This document shows, one piece after another, positions 25,045 through 36,413 of a stretch of DNA of 64,000 nt. The notes below the pieces were generated by a model. It ran no database searches. It saw only the letters and a program-made list of their open reading frames with translations, and was not told the DNA's origin. The position numbers and the translations under genes were made by a program. The stretch comes from Mobula hypostoma (Eukaryota): the NCBI RefSeq assembly GCF_963921235.1, contig NC_086108.1, positions 2,480,001 through 2,544,000 of the forward strand, written 5' to 3'. Positions within the stretch are counted from its first letter, which is position 1. Each line of letters begins with the position of its first letter.

Positions 25045-27632
25045 ATTGACGATCAACAGTAGCGCATCTTCCACTGCTCTGCTCACTCTATACCCATGAC
25101 CTTTGTGGCTAGGTTTTGCTCAAATACCATAAATTTGCTGATGATACAACTATTGTTGGTAATATCTCAGATGGAAATGAAAGGGCATACAGGAGCAAGA
25201 TATACTAGTTATTTGAGTGTTGTCGCAGCAACAACCTTGTACTCAATGTCAGTAAGAGCAAAAAGCTGATTCTGGACTTCAGGAACAGTAAGATGAGGGA
25301 TTATGAACCAATTCTGATAGTGGGATCAGAAGTGAGCGATTTCAAGTTTCTGCATATCAAGAACTTTGAGGATCTAATCTGGTCCCAGCATACTGATGCA
25401 GCTATAAAGAAGGCAAGACAGCGGATGTATTTCATTCGGAGTTTGAAGAGATTTGGTTTGTCAGCAAAAACACTTGAAAACTTCTGTAGATATACCATGG
25501 AGAGCATTCTGACAGGCTGCATCATTGTCTGGAATGGGGAGGTGGGGGAGGGTGCTACTACACAGGATTGAAAAAAGCTAAAGAAAAGTTGTAAAATTAG
25601 TTAGCTCTATATTGGATACTAGCCTCCATAGTATCCAAGACATCTTCAAGGAGCAGTGCCTCAGAAAGGTGACATCCATTATTAAAGACTCCCCCATCAC
25701 TCAGGTGCCCTCTTCTCATTGTTACTGTTAGGAAGGAAGTACAGAAGCCTGAAGGCACACATTCAGCAATTCAGGAAAAGCTTCTACCCCTCTGCCATAC
25801 GATTCCTAAATGGACATTGAACCCATGAGCACTACCTCACTTTTTTAAAATACATATTACTTAGGTTTTTGTACTACTTTAAATCTTTTATGTATATATG
25901 ATATATATACAGTGGCGTGCAAAAGTTTGGGTGCCCCGGTCAAAATTTCTGTTACTGTGAATAGTTAAGTGAGTAGAAGATAGACTGATCTCCAAAAGTC
26001 ATAAAGTTAAAGATGAAACATTCTTTTCGACATTTTAAGCAAAATTAATGTATTATTTTTGTTTTGTACAATTTTAGAGTGAAAAAAAGAAAAGGAGCAC
26101 TGTGCAAAAGTTTGGGCATCCCAAGAGATTTGAGTTCTCAGATAACTTTTACCAAGGTCTCAGACCTTAATTAGCTTGTTAGGGCTATGGCTTATACATA
26201 GTCATTGTTAGGAAAGGCCAGGTGATGCAAATTTCAAAGCTTTATAAATACCCTGACTCCTCAAACCTTGTCCCAACAATCAGCAGCCATGGGCTCCTCT
26301 AAGCAGCTGCCTAACACTCTGAAAATTAAAATAAATGATGCCCACAAAGCAGGAGAAGGCAATAAGAAGATAGCAAAGCGTTTTCAGGTAGCCGTTTCTT
26401 CAGTTTGTAATGTAATTAAGAAATGGCAGTTAACAGGAATGGTGGAGGTCAAGTTGAGGTCTGGAAGACCAAGAGAACTTTCCGAGAGAACTGCTCGTAG
26501 GATTGCTAGAAAGGCAAATCAAAACCCCCGTTTGACTGCAAAAGACCTTCAGGAAGATTTAGCAGACTCTGGAGTGGTGGTGCACTGTTCTACTGTGCAG
26601 CGACACCTGCACAAATATGACCTTCATGGAAGAGTCATCAGAAGAAATCATTTCCTGCGTCCTCACCACAAAATTCAGCATCAGAAGTTTGCAAAGGAAC
26701 ATCTAAACAAGGCTGATGCATTTTGGAAACAAGTCCTGTGGACTGATGAAGTTGAAATAGAACTTTTTGGCTGCAATCAGCAAAGGTATGTTTGGAGAAA
26801 AAAGGGTGCAGAATTTCATGAAAAGAGCACCTCTCCGACTGTAAAGCACAGGGGTGGATCGATCATGCTTTGGGCTTGTGTTGCAGCCAGTGGCACAGGG
26901 AACATTTCACTGGTAGAGGGAAGAATTAATTCAATTAAATACCAGCAAATTCTGGAAGCAAACATCACACTGTCTGTAAAAAAGCTGAAGATGAAAAGAG
27001 GATGGCTTCTACAACAGGATAATGATCCTAAACACACCTCAAAATCCACAATGGACTACCTCAAGAGGCGCAAGCTGAAGGTTTTGCCATGGCCCTCACA
27101 GTCCCCCGACCTAAACTCATTGAAAATCTGTGGATAGACCTCAAAAGAGCAGTGCATGCAAGACCGCCCAAGAATCTCACAGAACTAGAAGCCTTTTGCA
27201 AGGAAGAATGGGCGAAAATCCCCCAAACAAGAATTGAAAGACTCTTAGCTGGCTACAGAAAGTGTTTACAAGCTGTGATACTTGCCAAAGGGAGTGTAAC
27301 TAAGTACTGTTATGCAGGGTGCCCATTTGGGCCCTTTTCCTTTTTCGTTATTTTGAAAGTGTAAAAGATGGAAATAAAAAAGTAATCTTGCTTAAAATAT
27401 TAAAGAAATATGCCATCTCTAACTTTATGCCTTTTGGAAATCAGTTCATCTTTTACTCGCTTAGCTATTCACAGTAACAGAAATTTTGACCAGGAGTGCC
27501 CAAACTTCTGCATGCCATTGTATATTAGTGTAATTGATTTATTTTTTTCATTCTATATTATCTTGTATTGTATTGTACTGCTGCTGCTAAGTTAACAAAT
27601 TTCACAACACGTGCTGGTGATAATAAACCTGA
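25045..27632 (+). mobile_element. Rex1/Babar-type LINE 3' part, split by the Tc1 element
   Basis: LLCSLYTHD, KFADDTT and KKARQRMYFIRSLKRF..ESILTGCI motifs. The tail resumes after the Tc1 at 27521. Confidence 0.8.
25910..27520 (+). mobile_element. Full-length Tc1-like DNA transposon (1611 bp), transposase frameshifted near its C-terminus
   Basis: TA-cagtggcgtgcaaaagtttggg ... cccaaacttctgcatgccattg-TA with long TIRs. ORF from ATG 26289 has a paired-like HTH, RSGRPR, WTDE, QQDNDPKH and SPDLN/IENLW (DD34E). Confidence 0.95.
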
Positions 27633-29143
27633 GCAATACAGACAAAATGTTGAAGGAACTCAGCAGGCCAGGCAGCATCTAGGAAAAAAGTACAGTTGAT
27701 GTTTCAGGCTGAAATCCTTCGGCAGGACTGGACAAAAAAAGCTGAGGAGTAGGTTTAAAAGATGTGGGGAGGGGAAAGGGAAACACAAAGTGACAGGTGA
27801 AACCTGGAGGGGGAAGGATGAAGTAAAGAGCTGGGAAGTTGACTGGTGAAAGAGACCAAAGGCCGTGGAAGAAAGAAAAAGTGGGAGGGGCACCAGAGGG
27901 AGGCGATGGGCAGGCAAGGTGATAAGGTGAGAGAGGGAAAAAGGGATGGGAAATGGTGAAGTGGGGGTGGGGGGGCATTACCAGAAGTATGAGAAATCGA
28001 TGTTCATGCCACCAGGTTGGAGGCTACCCAAACGGAATATAAGGTGTTGCTCCTCCACCTGGAGTGTAGCCTCATCACGATAATGGAGGAGGCTATGAAT
28101 GGACATATCAGATAGGAATGGTAAGTGGAATTAAAATAGGTGGCCACTGGGAGATCCCGCTTTTTTCTGGCAGATGGAGCGTAGGTGACTGGCGAAGCTG
28201 TCTCCCAATCTTACGTCAGGTCTCACCGATATACTGGAGGCCACACTGGGGGCACTGATCACATTATATGAACCCAACAGACACACAGGTGAGGTGTCGC
28301 TTCTACTGGAAGGACTGTTTAAGACCCTGAATGGTAGTGAGGGAGGAGATATAGGGGCAGGTGTAGCACTTGTTCCACGTGCAAGAATGAGTACCAGGAG
28401 GGATGAATGGATAAGGGAGTCATGTAGGGAGCGAGCCCTGTGGAAAGCAGATATGGGGGGGAGGGGTGGGAAAGTTGTGCTTGGTGGTGGGATCTTGTTG
28501 GGGTGGCAGAAGTTTTGGAGAATCATGTGTTGGACACAGAGGCTGGTGGGGTGGTAGGTGAGGACAAGAGGAACCCTATCCCTAGTAGGGTGGCGTGAGG
28601 ATGGGATAAGAGCAGACATGCATGAAGTGGAAGAGATGCAGTGTCTGTTGGGGTCATGTACTGTGTTTGTGCTCCCGGTGTGGCCTCCTGTACATTGGTG
28701 AGACCCGACGTTAATTGGGAGACCACTTCATCGAGCACCTACACTCTGTCCGCCAGAAAAAGCGGGATCTCCCAATGGCCATCCATTTTAATTCCACTTC
28801 CCATTCCCATTCCGATATGTCCATCTATGGCCTCCTCCACTGTTGTGGTGAGGCCACACTTAGGCTGGAGGAATGACGCCTTATATTCTGCTTGGATAGT
28901 CCCCAACCTGATGCATGAACATCAATTTCTCAAACTTACGGTAATGTCCCCACCACCCCCTCTTCACTATTTCCCATCCCCTTTTCCCTCCCTCATGTTA
29001 TCTGCTTGCCCACCCATCGCCTCCCTCCCTCCCCCTTCTTTTATCCATGGCTTTCTGTCTCTTTCACCGTCCCAGTTCTTCACTTCATCCCTCCCCCTCC
29101 AGGTTTCACCTGTTACCTTGTGTTTCTCTCTCTCTCCCCCCCC

Positions 29144-32100
29144 CACCTCAATGATTAGCCATTTGATCCGTGAGGCCAAGCAGAAAAAAGGTGACCTAAC
29201 AGTTGTCTGGTTAGACCTCGCGAACTCCTACAGGTCTATTCCACATGACCTCATCCTAGAAGGACTCGACCACTTCTATATCCCAGTGGCTATTCGAGAC
29301 ATGATCACCAGCTACCTAGGAGGATTCAAACTCAGATTTACAACAGCCCATTTCACAACTAGTTGGCAGGCCCTCCAGAAGGGGATTCCAACAGGGTGCA
29401 CCACCTCCCCCATCCTATTTATTATGGGAATGAACCTCCTATTATCAGCAGCAGAAGATGTAACCCGTGGCCTGACGCTGGAGTCGGGCATTGTTCAGCC
29501 GGCTCTACGAGGGTTCATGGACGACATCACTATAACAACTGTGTTACATGTCCAAGCAAGATGGGTATTGGAAACCCTGGGTAATGTAGCCACTTGGGCG
29601 AGGATGTCTTTCAAGGCCAAGTAGTCCAGGTGCATGGTGATGAGAAAGGGCAAAGTTACTAGCAAGTTTAGCCTCCAAGTTCCGGGTGAGGTCATCCCTT
29701 TCATCGAAGATAATCCGATAAAACGTTTGGGGAAGTAGTTTAATGTGTCACTGACAGATGGGGCCAATGTCACCAATGCTGTGAAGCAGACAGACGAATG
29801 GTTGAAGAAGATCGACAAATTCAGACTTCTGGGTAAATTCAAGACCTGGCTGTACCAATACAGCCTTCTGCCCAGGCTTCTCTGGCTCTTCACACTTTAT
29901 GAGATCCCCTGACTGCCGTAGAGGGCATCAAGAGGAAAACCAACAAGCACCTGCGGAGATGGTTGGGAGTTCCCCCAAGCTTCTCTTCAGTGGGCCTCTA
30001 CATTCGTTCTGGGCAACTGCAGCTTCCCCTGTCATCTGTTGTGGAGGAATTCAAGGTGGCAAAATACAGAGCTTTATTAAGCTTGGGAGATTCCAATGAC
30101 GTCTTGGTAAAGCAAGCAGGTGTTACAACCAGATCTGGGTGCAAGTGGGCAGCCAACGCAGCTGTGGAGGAGGCAGTGTGTTCTCTGAAGCTGCGAGATA
30201 TCAGTGGCAACCCCTGCATCGGGTGGCAAGACCTCGGCTCAGTTCACTTCCAGCAGTGGGGAAACGCAAGCATAAGGAACAAGCGAGACATGGTATAGGC
30301 GTCCGTGAGGAAGTGAAGCAGATGTCAAAGGCAGTGTGTTACATACTCCGTAACTGGGTTGCCAAACCAGCAGAAATGGATCACTTAGTTGGAGTCAGGT
30401 TTAACAGAAACTAATAAAGTTTTATTAAAGAAATAAGTAACACAGTACTCTGATCGTAAAGATATAAATGCAACAGGATAAAACACACATGTAAACAGGA
30501 CTAGGGTAATAGGAATCAATCAAGCTCTATCGCAGTCTAGGGGTAAAATGATCAGTCTCGAGTGATGCAGAGTTCAGTTCATCTTAGTGCAGTTTGCAGT
30601 AATCGCTGTTGTGCCATTGGAGAGAGAGAGAGAGTGCAAATTTTGATTCAAACAGACCTTTGTTCTTCACAGTTAGCTTTCGGGTGAACCCTGTTATGTC
30701 TTCTGTGGTCACCGACTGTGACCCCTGCGTTCTGGATACGACCGTTCTTCCGCGGTGAACCCGGCACCCAGGCAAGGGCGGACACACACACCAGGTTCCC
30801 GCTGATCGTACCTTTTCACCCTGTGCGTCTATGGTCAGTTCCCGCGACCAGACCTCCAAACACGCACCAACTTGTGGGGGCACACCGCTCTTCCAGGGTC
30901 TCGTTATCTCGTGATCTCGTGGTGTGTGTCGTGCCTTAGCAAACCTGTTCTTTTTATCCCTCTGCTGGGGTATCGCCTGTCCATCAAACTTCAAACAGTT
31001 CAGGTTCAAAGCAACCGGTCTGTCAATATTCTGAAATGTGTTTCTTTCTCGTTAATCTCTTTCTTCTCTCTCATTAGCATTTTGAATGTTTCTCCATTAT
31101 CTCACTCATCTCTGTCATCAGCATCAATCTTCTGATAACTTGGTTTGTCGTCACACCCCTATCCTTCAAAGGATTTTTACCGGGGTAAAAATTATAGGCA
31201 TGAATATATTATTAGATACATACTAATATACAGGGTCATCAGCTATTCGGCTAATACAGAGAACTTAAAGTTGTCAACACCTTGACAGACAGTCAGCAAT
31301 TACATTTTCCGGTCCTTTTATATGTTTTATTTTAATATCAAGTCCCTCTAAGACCAGGCTCCAACTGAGTAACCTTTTGTTTTTATCCTTCATAGTGACC
31401 AAAAACACTAATGGGTTATGATCAGTGTAAACTCTCAGTGGTTTCCGTACCGGACAAATATAGCAAAGGTCGTCCCACGCAAACTTAGCATTCTTTGGCA
31501 AGAGCTTAGTAAGAGGGAGGGTAATATCTGCCAAGTTTTTTGCAAAACTTCCGATAGTACCCCACCATCCCCAAGAACCTTCTCAGGGCTCTCTTGTCTG
31601 TCGGGGTGGGGACTTCAGAGACAGCCCGCACCTTAGCCTGCATCGGTGCCAGCTGCCCCGTCCTACCACAAATCCCATATAAGTGACCGTCGTGTGGCCG
31701 AATTCACTTTTTGCGAGGTTCACTGTCAGGCTGGCTTCAAACAGCTTTTTAAACAGTTCCTCTACTGCCACAATGTGCCCCTCCCACGTGTCACTCCAGA
31801 CCACTAAATCGTCAATATACGCTTCTGCGTTCCTTAGCCCTTTTGTCACTGAATTAATCATCCTATAGGGGTATTGCTTACTAGGCTGACCTGATGTGAC
31901 AACAACACCATGTCCCGGCTCTTTGCATCGCCTCGGGACATCCGGACATAACGTCTGCGTGCCAGTTAGTTAGCTTTATCAGCGGCTCGCTCTGTTCAGG
32001 GGTTATGTGAGAGAACTCATCAGCAAAGTTGGCCAAAACAATAGAGTTCTCCCATCTGGTCGGCACCATACTTATCTTTCCAAAATGGGTTTTCCCCTTA

Positions 32101-35100
32101 TCAGGTGGCACCCTAGCCTCATTAATTTTCGTGATAAGACCAACTAGATCTGTTTTCTGATCGTGGTAAGCTTTAAACATGTTAATAACTTGTAACTGTG
32201 TGAGCTCACGTCTACAATAGTCAATAGCATCCTTCCTCCTGTGCGGCCAGTAAAACTCTTTCATGATTCTATCGACTGTTTTCTTCACCCCAAAATGTCC
32301 ACCGAGGGGTATCTTGTGGGCCAGGTTACAAATCTCATCCCCATAAATTTTCGGTACTACCACCTGGTGTACCACCCCCCATTCCTCATCTGCGGGCACA
32401 GTACGTGGTTTCCATTTCCTTATTAGTACTCCCTCCTTCACATAATAGCCCACTGGCTCCCTTTTTAATTCTGCTTCAGAGAGAGCTGCCTCCGCCAAAA
32501 CCATCAGCTCCTCGTCTCGCTCCTGTGCCTGTATAAATTCCTTCCTTGCTAATGATAAGTCTACCTCAACTTCCGTTTCACTACGCCCCTTCTCACTTTC
32601 TAACCCCTCCTGGTACAAGGCTGGTAAAAACGTCTCAGCTAAATCTACATTCGCTTCGTCAGCCTTTCTGGACATGCGCCGAGTCACTGCGCAAACGGGA
32701 TAAACCTGTGAGTCCATGGGCGGGGCCTCAATGCTGGCAGGCTGGCTTGTCAATCTTACTGCTGAGAACACATTTCCGCCGGCGAGGTCATTACCGAGTA
32801 AGACCTCCTCGTCATCCATAAGTAGTTCATGCCTCACCCCGATTGTGACCGGTCCGGAGACCAAGTCGCTTTTTAGATGTATCTGGTGCAAAGGTACTGC
32901 TTCAGTCCCTTTCCCAATGCCTTTTATCACCCTGACCTCCCCAGTCTGGGTCTCTGAGCTAAAGTCTAACACACTCTTTAAGATCAATGACTGACAAGCT
33001 CCAGTGTCTCTCCAGATCCGTACTGGAACCGGGTTTAACCCCTTCTTCACCGACACCAATCCGACCGAGATAAACTTCTCGCGCTCTTCCTGAACTTTAT
33101 CAGATCTCTTCTCCCCTGGCGGTTTGTTTGCCAGCTCAGTACAGCCAGTCAGAACCGTCGTTTTTCCTTTCCCTGTCTCCTTCTTTGGGGCAAAGCACCT
33201 GGACGCAAAGTGTCTGGCTTTCCCACAATTATAGCATACGACCCCAGGAGACTTCTTACCAAACTGTTCCCGATCTTCCTTATCCTTCTCACTAGTCCCC
33301 GGCTTACTTTCTGACTTTTCTGGCGGACTCTCTCCGCCCTCTTGACTACCCTTCTGGTAGCTTTTACTGGGGGTAAACTTCGCTTTGTGCGTTAACGCGT
33401 ATTCATCCGCTAACTTAGCAGTTGCGGCTAAGGTTTCTGCCTCTCTCTCATCTAGATAGGGCCTCATACCTTCAGGGACACAACCTTTAAACTGCTCAAT
33501 CAGTATTAGCTTTAGCAGTCTGTCATAATCCCCACTGACCCCTTTCGAGGTGCACCAATGCTCACAATATGTCTGCATCTCACGGGCAAACTCTAAATAC
33601 GTGCAGCCCCACTGCTTCCTCACATTCCGGAACTTCTGCCCGTATGCCTCCGGGACCAACTCATAAATCCCGAGTATCGCCTTTTCCACCACATCATACC
33701 TCTGGGCATCTTCTGCAGACAATGCCGAGTAAGCTTGCTGGGCTTTTCCTTTAAGTACGCTCTGAAGCAAAACAGCCCACTTATCCCTCGGCCAGTCCTG
33801 ACTTGCAGCGACTTTTTCAAAATGGAGAAAGTACCGATCAACATTGGCCTCCTCAAATGGGGGAACCAGCCTAACCTCCTGGGTCGCCCTGAACCCTCCA
33901 CCTTGGTTCGGCATGGGCCCCTGCGCTAGCGTCATCCTTGACTTTTCCAGCTCAAATTCCCTTTCCTTCTGTTTCTCTCTCTCTCTTGTCGCTCTAACTG
34001 CCTCTCTCTCTCTTGCCGTTCTAACTGTTTCTCTTCTTGTTCTAGCTGCCTTACCCGGAACTCGTGCTCGAGTCTCAATTTTTCTATCTGCAGCTGCACC
34101 GCTTCTCCACCAGGTTTTCCTATAGATACCACCTCCAGCTCCCCTTGGGGAAACACACCTCTTGATACATAATGCTGTATGATAGATCTGTGCATCTCTG
34201 CCCTCCTCATTGTCGACTTCCCCTTAAAAAGATTCAGCTGTTTGGCCACAGTTGCCAATTCTGATTTCCTGGCATCCTCTAATGCCTCCAAGGTTGGCGC
34301 CTTTAGAAATTCCTCAATCTTCATTTCTGCTGTTTGCCCTTCCTTTCTTTCGGGAATTTTAACCCAATCAATTTACCCGGTCCCAAATTTGGCGTTCAAA
34401 ATCCCGGACGGGATCTCCACTTACCTTACGTACCCCGTAACTGGGTTGCCAAACCAGCAGAAATGGACCACTTAGTTCGAGTCAGGTTTAACAGAAACCA
34501 ATAAAGTTTTATTAAAGAAATAAGTAACACAGTACTCTAATCGTAAGGATATAAATGCAACAAGTTAGCAATGATAAAACACACATGTAAAACAGAACTA
34601 GGGTAATAGGAATCAATCAAGCTCTATCGCAGTCTGGGGGTAAAATGATCAGTCTCGAGTGACGCAGAGTTCAGTTCAGCTTAGTGCAGTTCGCAGTAAT
34701 CGCTGTTGTGCCGTTGGAGAGAGAGAGAGAGAATGCAAATTTTGATTCAAACAGACCTTTGATGTTCTTCACAGGTAGCTTTCGGGCGACCCCTTTTATG
34801 TCTTCTGTGGTCACCGACTGTGACCCCTCCGTTCCGGATACGACCGTTCTTCCGCAGTGAACCCGGCACCCAGGCAAGGGCGGACACACACACCAGGTTC
34901 CCGCCGATCGTACCTTTTCACCCTGTGCGTCTATGGTCGGTTCCCGCGACCAAACCTACAAACTCCACCAACTTGTGAGGGCACACCGCTCTTCCAGGGT
35001 CTCGTTATTTTGTGATCTCGTGGTGTGTGTCGTGCCTTAGTGAACCTGTTCTTTTTATCCCCCTGCTGGGGTATCGCCTGTCCATCAAACTTCAAACAGT

Positions 35101-36067
35101 TCAGGTTCAAAGCAACCGGTCTGTCAATATTCTGAAATGTGTTTCTTTCTCGTTAATCTCTCTCTTCTCTCTTATTAACATTTTAAATGTTTCTCCATTG
35201 TCTCACTTCTCTCTCTCATCAGCATCAATCTTCTGATAACTTGGTTTGTCGTCACAAGTGGAACAAGGGTCCCAGGGTGCATGGACAAAATGGGATCTCC
35301 CTAAGTGCAAGATCTTATGGTGAGAGTTATGGAGGCTGGAGCCCCTCCGTATTTCCTTCCTCTTATGATCCGTGTATAACACCCTTCCTTCACCATTACA
35401 TCTGTACACATGGGGGATGAGAGAGGACCCAAACTATAAGCTCTGTGGTCAAGAGGGGACACAGGCTCATATACTGTCTGAGTGTAAAACATCTCTAACT
35501 CAAGGACGGTATAGGTGGCGCCATGATAAGGTGCTTCTGGCTCTTGCTGACACACTAGAGTGGGAGAGATGCAAGAAGAGGACAGCTGGCACAGATTTGA
35601 GGAAGGCCATCACCTTCATCAAAGAGGGAGCCAGGCCTTTCGTAACCAAACAACCAAAGCCCAATCTGCTGCTAACAGCCAGGTTCTGGGAGATGAGGGT
35701 CGATGTGGGAAGGAGATTGTAGTTCCCGGGTGTGATGCACACAACCCTACGCCTGGACATTGTACTGTGGTCAACCAAAGACAAGAAAATAATTCTGGTT
35801 GAGCTGACTGTGCTGTGGGAAGAGGCCCACGAGATAAAGGCCTTGAAGTACCAGCCCTTAGTGCAGGAGTGTAAAGACAAGGGATGGCAGGCATGGTTGT
35901 TCCCTGTGGAGATCGGCTGCAGAGGTTTCCCAGCCAAATCAGCATGGCTGTTGTTGTCAGATCTGGGCCTGGACGAAAGGAGCAAAAAACAAGCAACTCG
36001 TAGGATGGGGGAAGAGGCAGAACGAGCCTCTTGTTGGATTTGGAGTAGGCGAGAGGAGGGGAGCTGA
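29144..36067 (+). mobile_element. HERO-like (R2 superfamily) non-LTR retrotransposon, 3' half: RT core, CCHC, restriction-like endonuclease; split by the Gypsy element
   Basis: VWLDLAN, KGIPTGCTTSP and GFMDDIT (RT); CKTSLTQGRYRWRHDKVL; R.DIVLWS..KIILVELTV.WEE..KALKY..FPVEIGCRGF (RLE). Stop at 36065-36067. Frame continuity MSKAV|EQGSQG across the LTR insertion. Confidence 0.9.
30337..35256 (-). mobile_element. Gmr1-like Gypsy LTR retrotransposon, internally deleted (4.9 kb)
   Basis: LTRs at 30337-31155 and ~34424-35256, TG...CA outer ends, 4-bp TSD AGTG (30333-36 and 35257-60). Degenerate tRNA-Pro-like PBS at ~34401-34419 and PPT next to 31156. Gag with SCAN-like region and CYNCGKARHFASRC knuckle, protease RDTGA, integrase zinc-binding region, then RT YIDD and RNase H (TDHNPL, NVIADCLSR). 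Confidence 0.93.
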
Positions 36068-36191
36068 AGCCAGGAGCAGATGGGCAGTGATTTGGCCACC
36101 ACTGCTGGCCCACCAACTGGAGAGTGTCGTGGTTAAGGTTCGAAACACTCGGTGAAGGTTGGGAACCACCTGATGACATCTGCTCCTGGCT
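36068..36191 (+). ncRNA. Putative hammerhead ribozyme with permuted/pseudoknotted topology; predicted cleavage after GUC at 36128
   Basis: CUGAUGA at 36170-176, GAAA at 36142-145. Stem III gagtgt/acactc, stem I gtggtt/aaccac. A 15-bp perfect stem (36068-82 with 36177-91) closes it. Activity is untested. Confidence 0.65.
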
Positions 36192-36413
36192 GAAGGCTAC
36201 AGTTACCTTATACGGTAACTGGAGAATGCACCCTAACAGGTGTATGTAACAAGTAATCTCTGGTATGTATCAGTGGCTTCCAGGAAAGACTGGATGGTAA
36301 CCGAGGAAGGTTGGTGACACTGGAGAGACAGCTGACCTCCAGGAAAGACTGGCACCGGCTCACAAGGCTAGCAACCTTGTGGGCAGCGCTCACAAGAGGG
36401 CACCACTCAAGTT

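Noticed and set aside
28641..29624. 327-aa ORF as a novel fusion protein (also 37902-38573, 1520-1984, 5369-6061)
   Set aside because: Chance read-through across TE junctions; the non-RT portion is off-frame or non-coding PLE sequence.
31881..33935. Domesticated SCAN/gag-derived host gene
   Set aside because: It lies between two LTRs with TSD, PBS and PPT, and its N-terminus is frameshifted. It is a retrotransposon relic.
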